From: Candidatus Thorarchaeota archaeon
Lineage (GTDB): Archaea; Asgardarchaeota; Thorarchaeia; Thorarchaeales; Thorarchaeaceae
Assembly (NCBI GenBank): GCA_048884945.1
Contig: JBHLQJ010000001.1
Location: 26,977-67,277 of the forward strand
Reading direction: 5' to 3'
Length of the DNA stretch: 40,301 nt
Shown: in pieces, positions 18,508 to 26,809 of the stretch
Layout: every line of letters begins with the position of its first letter
Numbering within the stretch: position 1 is the stretch's first letter
Translations under genes and position numbers: made by a program
The notes under the pieces: generated by a model
Databases searched by the model: none
Told to the model about the DNA's origin: nothing
The model's input: only the letters and a program-made list of their open reading frames with translations

Positions 18508-18658
18508 AGATCAAGACACCTTGATGTTTTCGTGACCAATCTCGATATTAATCCAATGACATGACAAAATCATTACTATATTATAGAAAACATTAGTATG
18601 ATAATCGGACTTTATAGGTCCTCTTAAGGCTCATGTAGAAAAATAAGATTGAGCAGCC

Positions 18659-19078
18659 TTGACAATTCGTACTGAACATACACGATCTCTACTTCGAGAG
18701 CCTGAGGTGACCCCTTCAGTATTAGCTTCTGTACCAGGGTGTCTTAGAGATGCACTTAAAGAAGCAATTAATGCAAAAGGTAGAGGAAGAAAATCCGTCT
18801 TAATATCAAGCAATAATCTCACTAATAGATTCATTTTTTCAAGATGGGGAATACGTCCTTCTCAGCGGAGACGATACAAAAATCTCTTTGCTTCTATAAG
18901 AAAACAGAGTCGAGTAGTGTTTCAACATTTTCTCTTGAGAGGCCGAATTGAATGGACTGATGATTCTGAGAAGAACATTTTTGGAGTCTACAAATTTGAT
19001 GAGATAAGGGGCAATTTGATTTTAGGATTTGTAATGATGACACCTGAGATTGAATGGACGCTTCCAAACAGACAATGA
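18659..19078 (+). CDS. hypothetical protein (weak call)
   Basis: This 139-aa TTG-start ORF is the only sizeable ORF in an 800-bp gap. It is basic and has no recognisable motif. The TTGTATTACA motif seen after other stops follows at 19087. Confidence 0.25.
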   Translation: MTIRTEHTRSLLREPEVTPSVLASVPGCLRDALKEAINAKGRGRKSVLISSNNLTNRFIFSRWGIRPSQRRRYKNLFASIRKQSRVVFQHFLLRGRIEWTDDSEKNIFGVYKFDEIRGNLILGFVMMTPEIEWTLPNRQ

Positions 19079-19302
19079 CCTTCATTTTGTATTACATGTA
19101 TTTCACTATTAACTGACTGAAACCTACATAAGTGCATATTATAATAATTTGTATACGAAATTGTATCCACCCATTAGGACTTATGTGAGCAAGTAGAAAA
19201 AGACATTATAACGCTCTTTTTATGATTTAGAGGGTTTTAATGCCTGATTAGAAGCCGAACTATGAGAAGTCCAAATATGGTAATTCAAAGTGGTGATTTA
19301 TC

Positions 19303-19854
19303 TTGTCAATCAAAAACCCTAGACAGAATCGCGGCAAGGAAACTATAAAGCAACTGACTGCAGGCACCCGGCAAGTATTGAAAGAACCAATTCTAATGAA
19401 ACTTCAAGCAGGATCAGTATTAAGCGAAGCGCAGATAGAAACTCTCCTTATTGATTTAGTAGTAGAAGATAGCTATGGGTCTCATATCACGTACGAAGAT
19501 AAAGCAACATATCGAACAAAACGCGGGACCAAATCTCGAGGTGTTTCTCGTGGAGCGTTCAATAGAACATTAAATCAAGCTCGTCAAAACTTATCACGTT
19601 GTTTCTATACTATGTTACTTCTAGCATACCTAGGTCTCTTTGAACTTACAATATTTCGTCCATTTGAAGAAGTTGCAGCTCGTATCGGTGATTACAGAAG
19701 AATCCGTGATATTCTCGCTGGAAAGACCAAACTAACAACAGAAGAACTGGAAAGTTTCAGAGTCGCAGAAAAGACAATCATTTCAGCACTTGATGAACTC
19801 TCATCATCACTCACTCTCAAGTCAGATATTTCAAAAAAGAAGCTAGATCAGTAA
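19303..19854 (+). CDS. hypothetical protein, possible HTH DNA-binding protein
   Basis: The protein is 183 aa. 'GVSRGAFNRTLNQARQNLSR' resembles a sigma-r4/DUF134-like HTH. Confidence 0.45.
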   Translation: MSIKNPRQNRGKETIKQLTAGTRQVLKEPILMKLQAGSVLSEAQIETLLIDLVVEDSYGSHITYEDKATYRTKRGTKSRGVSRGAFNRTLNQARQNLSRCFYTMLLLAYLGLFELTIFRPFEEVAARIGDYRRIRDILAGKTKLTTEELESFRVAEKTIISALDELSSSLTLKSDISKKKLDQ

Positions 19855-19876
19855 ATTAACAAAAAGAAAATGGCTC

Positions 19877-20059
19877 GAGCGTGTCGCGCAGAGAAGCATC
19901 CCAACGCATTTGAGCACAATCTTTTTCCAGCACTCAAGCAACCACTAGGTCATCCTGGAGGTTTGTTTGAGGAGATAGAGATGACAATGACGAGTGCCTG
20001 AAACGTCGGAAAGGAGTGTCCTATCGACGTCGGCTTACTTATCATTGCACGACACACTC
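19877..20059 (-). ncRNA. candidate structured ncRNA, family unknown
   Basis: A GC-enriched island sits in a 400-bp ORF-free gap. A 14-bp closing helix pairs 19877-19890 with 20046-20059, and it is contiguous with two G-U pairs if read on the minus strand. Internal hairpins are ACGTCG/CGACGT (20003-20030), AACC..GGTT (19940-19963) and TTGAG/CTCAA. Confidence 0.35.
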
Positions 20060-20257
20060 ATATTTTATAGTGCAACAATTATACATAGTTCTAACTTTAG
20101 AACGGCTCTTTTGATAGATTTCTAAATTTAGTTTGGCGCCTAGTCTAATAATTTGATACATGTAATACAATAAATACACTTATTGATATCCCAAGAAACC
20201 TTAATCGTAATATTAGAATCACTAAAAATTGTATACCAAAAATAGTAGTGATGATAC

Positions 20258-21508
20258 TTGACTGATGAAAGTAGTCGTGACAGAATCTTCAAAGCAGTCA
20301 AAGAACGTATCAAGGAAATGGATGAAAAAGAACGTATACAATTAGTAGCAAACGCAATTGGAGATCGTCGCATCAAAGACCTTGTAGATATAACAGCTAG
20401 AATTGAAAGTGAAGATGGCTGGCCTACAGCGCTAGAATATCTCAGAAAAGCAAAACACCAGAAGTACTTTTCACCACTAACCATTGGTCAAGACAGAAGA
20501 AATCTAGAAGAGTTAAAGTATCGAGAGATGGTCTTTGAACTATTATCTTGTAAAGGGTTAGAACCAATTACAACAGAAACAACTGACCTGCTAAAACAAT
20601 TAGATGATGAGCGCTCACTAATAGATGCTTCACGAAGTCTTCTATCTGAAATCGAACAGTTAGCAGTTGAACAAATAGAAACAGGGGATACACTATTTTT
20701 CGATTTTCCTGAATACACTACAGTTTCCCAAAAAATTGTAATGCTATTAGATCAGGTGAGAAGTGAAAACTTTTCTAACATATCCCTAAAACAGACTGAA
20801 GATTTAATCAATGTAGGACCTTTGTGGTACAGCGAATATGGTCGGCTTGCTATGGCAGCACTCGGAATCAAGGGTCTTTTTGTAAACTCAGATACCCTTG
20901 ACCATATACTATCGATAATGCAAATTTCAAACTCCATTAAATCAAGCATAACTAAAACCACTTTTTCCAAACAGACAAACGAAGAGTCGTGGAGTCCTCC
21001 AACAAACCCTGTTTATAAAGAGCTACATACTAGTCTAATTAATCATGATATAAATGAATTAAGCCTGCTAGCAAGCAGACACTCTATATTACTACTTAAT
21101 ACTCTGCTTGATGAAGCTATTACTGTATATGATAAATCACCATCAACCAATGGATACAAAGAGATACTCAATTGTATTAATGCACATATTTCAATCCGTG
21201 ATATTGAATCAATTACTACTTTAGAAAAATCATCACAAATGAAGAATAAACGGATTGCAACTATGGCGATCTTAGCTCTAGGAACTTTCTACCATGAATC
21301 ATCTACTGCTGTTCTAGTGAAGTTACTCTGTACAAACAAAGGCAAAGCAACAGAAAACGTCCTGGTAAAGGCAATTGGGAATGTTTACAAGAAATGTCCA
21401 GAGGCAGAGTATGTTATCCTTAACACATTAGACAGCGAATGCAAGAATCATGGAAAACTAATGAGAACATACAAGCGTTTTGCTAAGGAAAAACCATCGT
21501 ATTATTAG
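20258..21508 (+). CDS. hypothetical protein with C-terminal HEAT/ARM-like repeats
   Basis: The protein is 416 aa, helical and acidic, with a C-terminal 'RIATMAILALGTFY...AVLVKLL...VLVKAIGNV'. The start is uncertain, either TTG at 20258 or ATG at 20318. Confidence 0.5.
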   Translation: MTDESSRDRIFKAVKERIKEMDEKERIQLVANAIGDRRIKDLVDITARIESEDGWPTALEYLRKAKHQKYFSPLTIGQDRRNLEELKYREMVFELLSCKGLEPITTETTDLLKQLDDERSLIDASRSLLSEIEQLAVEQIETGDTLFFDFPEYTTVSQKIVMLLDQVRSENFSNISLKQTEDLINVGPLWYSEYGRLAMAALGIKGLFVNSDTLDHILSIMQISNSIKSSITKTTFSKQTNEESWSPPTNPVYKELHTSLINHDINELSLLASRHSILLLNTLLDEAITVYDKSPSTNGYKEILNCINAHISIRDIESITTLEKSSQMKNKRIATMAILALGTFYHESSTAVLVKLLCTNKGKATENVLVKAIGNVYKKCPEAEYVILNTLDSECKNHGKLMRTYKRFAKEKPSYY

Positions 21509-21570
21509 TAATACATGAAATACCAGGTCTGACGACAAACATAAATCGAACTCACTTGTGGCGTGCATGT

Positions 21571-22956
21571 ATGAAAGGTTCTAAAGCTGAGTTAGTCAAG
21601 AACATGGATCCATTCTTCAATCCAAGGAAAATAGCCCTTGTCGGTGCGTCTACAGATTATAGAAAACTTGGTAATTCAATACTCATGAATTTACTAGCAT
21701 CAGAGATTGAAGTGTTTCCCATAACGCGCAGTAGAGAACGTGTATTAGGTGTTCAAGCGTACCAAAGTCTCAGTGACATACCAGAACCTGTAGATCTAGT
21801 AATAATAGCAGTTGCTGCGAAATATTGTCCATCGCTAATGCCTGAGATTAGAAAAGCTGGTGCAAGAAATGCAGTTGTAATATCAGGTGGCTTCAGTGAA
21901 GCAGGTCCTGAAGGTGTTGAACTAGAAAAAGATCTCGTGAAATCTGCTCGGAATGCTGGAGTTCGTATAATTGGTCCAAACTGCGTTGGAGTTTCTAATA
22001 GCCGTTTGTTTAATGGTACCTTCACGATGATGCCAGAAAGAGGTAACATTGCATTTGTATCACAAAGTGGGGCACTAGGAGGGATGATTATTTACAACAC
22101 CAGAGCAAAGAGAATAGGAATGAGTAAATTTGCTAGCATTGGTAACTCTGCAGATGTAGGTTTTGTTGATATTCTAAACTACTTCAAAGAAGACTCTAAG
22201 TCATCAGTTATTGCTGCTTACATTGAAGGTGTTGATGAAGGTCGAGCATTGTTTGAATCCTTGCACGATGCGGCAAAAGTAAAACCTGTGGTCATACTAA
22301 AAGGTGGACGAAGTGAAGCAGGTAGTCGTGCAACACAATCTCATACAGGATCATTAGCTGGTTCTACAAAAGTATTTGATGGCATGATACGGCAGGCTGG
22401 ATGCGTAACTGCACCAACCTTGGATGCATTATTTGAAATTTGCAAGCTTTTTGATTACCAACCTCTACCCAAAGGAAGTCGTATTGGTATTATTAGTAAT
22501 ACAGGAGGCGCAGGAGTTCTCGCGACTGATTCTGCAGGTGAATATAATCTAGAAATTGCAAATTTAGATATCCACACAAGAGAAGAACTTAGACAATTTC
22601 TTCCCCCTATGGCTTCAACTAACAATCCAATTGATGTTGTAGCTAGCGGTGGTAGAAGAGAATACAAAATAGCTACTGAACTTCTCTTGAATGATCACAA
22701 TGTTGACATACTACTAATCATCTGCGCAGTCCCAACTTTTGCAGGTATGACACAAACAGAACATGCAGCTGGAACATTAGAAGGTGTCCGATCAGCATCA
22801 GTAGACAAACCGGTTATAGGAGTATGGCTCGCTGGAGATGTTGGAAAGCCAGGCAAAGACCTTTTGGAAATGAATAAAATTCCGTGTTATGATGATCCTG
22901 CTCTAGCAATGCTTTGCATTGCAAGAATTGCTGAATATGCAGAAATGCATCATTGA
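21571..22956 (+). CDS. ADP-forming acetyl-CoA synthetase / acyl-CoA synthetase, alpha (CoA-binding, phosphohistidine) subunit
   Basis: It has 'IALVGAS...KLG' CoA-binding, 'FVSQSGAL' and 'QSHTGSLAGS' phosphohistidine-loop motifs. No ATP-grasp beta subunit lies adjacent. Confidence 0.75.
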   Translation: MKGSKAELVKNMDPFFNPRKIALVGASTDYRKLGNSILMNLLASEIEVFPITRSRERVLGVQAYQSLSDIPEPVDLVIIAVAAKYCPSLMPEIRKAGARNAVVISGGFSEAGPEGVELEKDLVKSARNAGVRIIGPNCVGVSNSRLFNGTFTMMPERGNIAFVSQSGALGGMIIYNTRAKRIGMSKFASIGNSADVGFVDILNYFKEDSKSSVIAAYIEGVDEGRALFESLHDAAKVKPVVILKGGRSEAGSRATQSHTGSLAGSTKVFDGMIRQAGCVTAPTLDALFEICKLFDYQPLPKGSRIGIISNTGGAGVLATDSAGEYNLEIANLDIHTREELRQFLPPMASTNNPIDVVASGGRREYKIATELLLNDHNVDILLIICAVPTFAGMTQTEHAAGTLEGVRSASVDKPVIGVWLAGDVGKPGKDLLEMNKIPCYDDPALAMLCIARIAEYAEMHH

Positions 22957-22967
22957 ATTTTGGAAAT

Positions 22968-22987
22968 CTCTAATACCAGTATTACAA
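22968..22987. repeat. 20-mer CTCTAATACCAGTATTACAA between convergent genes
   Basis: It is 19/20 identical to 16142-16161. It lies between the ACD-alpha stop (22954-56) and the RHH gene stop (23000-02). Confidence 0.5.
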
Positions 22988-22999
22988 CTGATATAGTGT

Positions 23000-23302
23000 C
23001 TAGGACTCAAGATACTCTTCAGCTATCTGCGGAAATTCTTGTGCAACAGCCTCACGAAGTTGTTTTTCTACCCACATACTAAGGTTGATTGCTTTCGATT
23101 TCCTAATCGCTTTTAGACAAGCTCTAAGATCAGTTGGAATAGAGAAAGAAACGATTGGACTCTTACGTTCTTTATTTGGTACAGAGGATATGAACTCACT
23201 TTGTACCCCTACTGACCTAATTTCTTTAGCTGTTGTGCTTCTTGTTTTTTCATCTCCATCTTCTTTTTCCGCTTCTTTTCTATACTTTCCAAGTAAACTC
23301 AT
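23000..23302 (-). CDS. ribbon-helix-helix (CopG/Arc-like) DNA-binding protein
   Basis: The C-terminal 'VSFSIPTDLRACLKAIRKS...NLSMWVEKQLREAV' fits a strand-helix-helix pattern. The ATG at 23302 lies 2 nt after the upstream stop, and a GGAGG sits inside the upstream gene's 3' end. Confidence 0.55.
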   Translation of the reverse strand: MSLLGKYRKEAEKEDGDEKTRSTTAKEIRSVGVQSEFISSVPNKERKSPIVSFSIPTDLRACLKAIRKSKAINLSMWVEKQLREAVAQEFPQIAEEYLES

Positions 23303-23303
23303 T

Positions 23304-24278
23304 TCATTGTACCTCCTTAAGTATAGATGCATATGCTTCCGAAACAAGCTCAGAAATTTCTCTAGTTACATCTGGATTTCCATTATTCCTAAGATTTTCA
23401 GCTGCTACTTGTTGACACCCACGTGCAAGCATTCGTATATCTCGTGGATTTCCGTTTGCTGCAGTATTAATTACCTTCACCGCATCGTCACTGAAAGGAT
23501 AAATGCTGAAATTATCTGGATTGAAACTATCGATATGCCCTTTTGCATAGGCAATCCGACGACCTATGAATTCTCTTGCCTTTGCATCATTAAGTGGAGG
23601 AACATCAAGAGGTTCCGTACGATCTGCAATTTGTGGCAAGAATGAAAGCATTGCATTCCAATATATCATAGTTCCAGACATAACCAAAGTGAATATGGGT
23701 TCATCAAGAGCTCCTGCATATGCATCAATCATTTCTTCAGTAGGCAGGTCTGCAAGGAATCTCAGCTTATGAAAAGCTGCTTCCTGATTATCAGCAACGT
23801 CTTCAATGAATAATGCAGTACGACTTTTTTCCTCTAGATATCTTCGAAGACTTTCTTTTGCTACCGCATCAATAATTTGGCTTGATTCCCATGATCTTCG
23901 ATATTTGATTCTAAGAGAATCAGCTATTGCTGAAGCCATTTGTTTCTCATAGAGACCAGTCATGCCAACATATCCAGTGATGAATTTGTTACCCTTACGA
24001 TCAGCTAGTGTAGGTAGGTCTCTTAATGCCAGAAGCATCAATGTGCTCTTGCCTGACCCCACTGGTCCACGAATGAAGACATGACGTTCATTTGTAATAA
24101 TCAAGTCAACGATTGAGTCTAAAAAGTCACTATCTTCTATATACAGACGACTGTCTGGCATCTTGAAGCCACGAAAAGGTGAGAATCTAGCACCGATTTT
24201 TTCTTCCCACGCCCGAAGAACTTCCTTACGGGTGTTGAAGTGACGAATCAATGCACTCTCATGAATTGCTATTGTCAT
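23304..24278 (-). CDS. AAA+ ATPase, Orc1/Cdc6- or AAA_22-like, without winged-helix domain
   Basis: It has Walker A 'GPVGSGKST', Walker B 'ALFIEDV' and a sensor-2-like 'GNPRDIRMLARG' (compare GDAR.A..LL in Orc1/Cdc6). Length is 324 aa. Confidence 0.65.
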   Translation of the reverse strand: MTIAIHESALIRHFNTRKEVLRAWEEKIGARFSPFRGFKMPDSRLYIEDSDFLDSIVDLIITNERHVFIRGPVGSGKSTLMLLALRDLPTLADRKGNKFITGYVGMTGLYEKQMASAIADSLRIKYRRSWESSQIIDAVAKESLRRYLEEKSRTALFIEDVADNQEAAFHKLRFLADLPTEEMIDAYAGALDEPIFTLVMSGTMIYWNAMLSFLPQIADRTEPLDVPPLNDAKAREFIGRRIAYAKGHIDSFNPDNFSIYPFSDDAVKVINTAANGNPRDIRMLARGCQQVAAENLRNNGNPDVTREISELVSEAYASILKEVQ

Positions 24279-24460
24279 GATGTGGACCTCTATAGATATC
24301 GTATCACAAGTACTTCATGTAATACAATTTTGAAACAACAGGTTCAGATATAAAATCTATGGTAAATCTTGTCATTTAGACACAACCTTTTTGAACAGAA
24401 TGAATCGGCTGAAAGTTCAATTCAAGAATCAGTCAGGCAATGTAATAGGAGTAACTCGAA

Positions 24461-24739
24461 ATGGATGTTGATCGAATCATACGCATCATGAATTCACTAA
24501 TGATTTTCTCTTTCCTCATCTTTGGTGCTCTCTCAGGGATTATTCTGATAGCAGATATTCCCCTGAACAATTCTTCGGTTTCTCTACCTTTTGCATTCCT
24601 GTACATATGCATTGTCACATTTGTTACTACTGCCCAAATTAACGAGCGTCCAAAGTTAGTACAGAAATATCTTCGTGATTGGCTAATTATTTGTTTCATT
24701 GGAATAATCATCAGTGCATTAGCATTCACAATCTACTGA
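24461..24739 (+). CDS. small membrane protein (three predicted TM helices)
   Basis: The 92-aa protein has three hydrophobic stretches. The antisense ORF 24433-24729 looks less protein-like. Confidence 0.35.
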   Translation: MDVDRIIRIMNSLMIFSFLIFGALSGIILIADIPLNNSSVSLPFAFLYICIVTFVTTAQINERPKLVQKYLRDWLIICFIGIIISALAFTIY

Positions 24740-24809
24740 TACAAAACACAAGAGTTTAGAACTGCTATGATATTTCTCACGCTGCACCACATTCTATGAA
24801 GTGACAATC

Positions 24810-25445
24810 ATGAGTAAGATTTTACCTGGCACAAAAACTACCCGCATGGAATTACTTGCTCTAAAAAACAGAATGAGATTAGCTGAAAGAGGACATGACC
24901 TTCTACGAGAGAAACGTGACTCTCTCATAATGGAGTTCTTCAATGCTATAGCAGAAATTAAAGAAGCCAGAGAGAAGGTTGATGTTGCACTCTCAGAAGC
25001 TTTCTCAGCACTTACTCAGGCAAAAATGATAATGGGTCCTGCAAGAGTTGTAGAATTTGCATATGCTAGCAGGTTTGAAGCAAATCTCACCATCTCAACA
25101 AGATCAATGATGGGAGTTAGGGTTCCAGTTTTATCGGTAGAGCAACATACTCCCGATCTTCCTTATTCTCTCTCAGATTCAAGTGCAAAATTTGACGTCA
25201 TGAGTGAAAAATTCAAAGAAGCCCTAAATGCAATTGTTCGTCTAGCTGAGATTGAATCAACCGTAAAACGTCTTGCACTCGAAATTGAACGTACCAAACG
25301 ACGAGTTTCCGCACTTGAAACTGTGGTGATACCACGACTTGATGCTACTACACGTTTTGTAAAACTTGCTCTTGAAGAACGAGAGCGTGAAGATTTTGTA
25401 AGATTGAAGATGGTGCGTGATTGGATTACTCAAGAAGAAAAATGA
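24810..25445 (+). CDS. atpD: A/V-type ATP synthase subunit D
   Basis: 'TRMELLALKNRMRLAERGHDLLREKRD' and the coiled-coil C-terminus match subunit D. The ATG at 24810 is in frame with the tracked GTG at 24801. Confidence 0.85.
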   Translation: MSKILPGTKTTRMELLALKNRMRLAERGHDLLREKRDSLIMEFFNAIAEIKEAREKVDVALSEAFSALTQAKMIMGPARVVEFAYASRFEANLTISTRSMMGVRVPVLSVEQHTPDLPYSLSDSSAKFDVMSEKFKEALNAIVRLAEIESTVKRLALEIERTKRRVSALETVVIPRLDATTRFVKLALEEREREDFVRLKMVRDWITQEEK

Positions 25446-25466
25446 ATTGTATTAATTGTAATACTA
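25445..25466. repeat. AATTGTATTAATT + TTGTAATACTA motif between convergent genes
   Basis: Positions 25445-25457 are identical (13/13) to 6429-6441, downstream of the glmS stop. Positions 25456-25466 equal the reverse complement of part of the 16142 20-mer. Confidence 0.4.
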
Positions 25467-25468
25467 TT

Positions 25469-25870
25469 CTAATGTCGTAATTTCAAGATAGCTGCCGCTA
25501 AATCTCCTCCAGTTTCTTCCAAAGCCTGCTTTGCAACTTGAATATCAACGCCTGTCTGACTAGCAACCAATGCCGCATCTTCCATTGGTATCTCAACTTT
25601 TTTCTCAATTCTAGTTACTTGAACTTCTTCATCTTTGCTCTCAACACTTCTAGTTCCTTCTCTTTCACTTCGAGTACCTGTTACTTGAAATGACTCACTA
25701 CCTGCTTGTTTAATCATAGTCAGGGAAACATTAGAGATGATCCATTCTTTGTCAGCAAAACGGATTATCACTTCCTTTACACCGTCAATCTCTTTTTGTT
25801 CAATCCCCATTTTTTTCATCATACGTGCCATTTGTTTAGGTGATAGACCTCTGAATCCCATTAGGATCAA
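25469..25870 (-). CDS. nac: nascent polypeptide-associated complex protein (NAC domain + UBA)
   Basis: It has 'PKQMARMMKKMGI', a NAC beta-barrel region and a C-terminal UBA 'AKQALEETGGDLAAAILKL'. Confidence 0.8.
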   Translation of the reverse strand: MILMGFRGLSPKQMARMMKKMGIEQKEIDGVKEVIIRFADKEWIISNVSLTMIKQAGSESFQVTGTRSEREGTRSVESKDEEVQVTRIEKKVEIPMEDAALVASQTGVDIQVAKQALEETGGDLAAAILKLRH

Positions 25871-25952
25871 TCTCCAATTCTTAATTAAAAAGTACAGGAA
25901 ACACTTTGTACTTCTGTTCTATAGCTTTCCGTTCTACTAGATGATAAAACGA

Positions 25953-26783
25953 TTACGCTTCGGTTGTCGTGGTGATATCAAATACATAATGCTCTATCCC
26001 AGGAGAATAATTCTTGACACGCCTAGTATGAATAGTAGAAAAATATCCATGATTTTTGCATATCTGTTCGATATCCATTATGACACTTTTCAATCTAGAT
26101 TCAGGGCTATTCATATGCATATAGATAGTTCCTCCACTCTTGACTAAGGTTTCAAGAGCAAATGGAAGATATTCTATAGTGTCATGTAAATATCCCATAA
26201 TCACTCTATTAGCTGTCCCTTTAGGATGTATTTCTCGGCAATCTCCTAGTCGAGCAGTTACTCTTTTTTCTAATCCATTCAATTTGATATTTTCAAGCAA
26301 GAACTGGAATGCATCTTCATTAATCTCAATTGCAGTCACATCAACATCTACAGACTTTGCAATGTGGAGGGAGAATTGTCCGACACATGAGAACATGTCA
26401 ACAATATTCTCTCTATCTTTGACAACTTTTGCCAAACGCATGCGTTCTCTTTTATTACCTCCGGAGAATGTCAGACGAAGTGGATCCAGTCTAAATTTTA
26501 CACCGCCTTCAATATGTGTAGTAACCGTATTACTGCTACCAGCAACTAATACATATGATGGTAATCTTGTTGTATTCTTTGTAGGTCCAGTCCTTACAGC
26601 CACCGATAATATTCTCTTATCATATTCAAGGGTCTTTTGTCCAATAAGTGAAGCATATTTCATTGCGCTAGAATCCAGATGTACTAGGGCAACATGTCCT
26701 ACGAGATGATACCCTGAAGGCAACATTAACTCATTTGGTACTACTGTATCTAGTCTGGTTCTAAGGAAGTTTCTGTATCTCAT
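25953..26783 (-). CDS. Trm5/Taw2-family (Met-10+ like) SAM-dependent tRNA methyltransferase/aminocarboxypropyltransferase
   Basis: It has 'GHVALVHL' and SAM motif I 'VDMFSCVGQFS'. At 276 aa, its size fits Taw2 or a short Trm5. Confidence 0.65.
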   Translation of the reverse strand: MRYRNFLRTRLDTVVPNELMLPSGYHLVGHVALVHLDSSAMKYASLIGQKTLEYDKRILSVAVRTGPTKNTTRLPSYVLVAGSSNTVTTHIEGGVKFRLDPLRLTFSGGNKRERMRLAKVVKDRENIVDMFSCVGQFSLHIAKSVDVDVTAIEINEDAFQFLLENIKLNGLEKRVTARLGDCREIHPKGTANRVIMGYLHDTIEYLPFALETLVKSGGTIYMHMNSPESRLKSVIMDIEQICKNHGYFSTIHTRRVKNYSPGIEHYVFDITTTTEA

Positions 26784-26809
26784 TTTTGTAGCCAGATTGC
26801 TAGACTTTT

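Noticed and set aside
18783-18797. GAGGAAGAAAATCCG, resembling RNase P RNA CR-I (GAGGAAAGUCC), with ACAGAG ~115 nt downstream
   Set aside because: The match is inexact and no P4 pairing partner (..GGCUUA) sits at the right distance. A CAGGGTG lies in the wrong order for CR-II. The match is probably coincidental.
26140-26709. 189-aa plus-strand ORF, and similar long antisense ORFs at 23085-23645, 27257-27691, 3294-3635, 5332-5706 and 14819-15199
   Set aside because: All lie entirely inside, and antisense to, genes with clear family signatures (Trm5/Taw2, AAA+/RHH, PAN, IPK, GlmS, IorA). They are shadow ORFs of an AT-rich genome.
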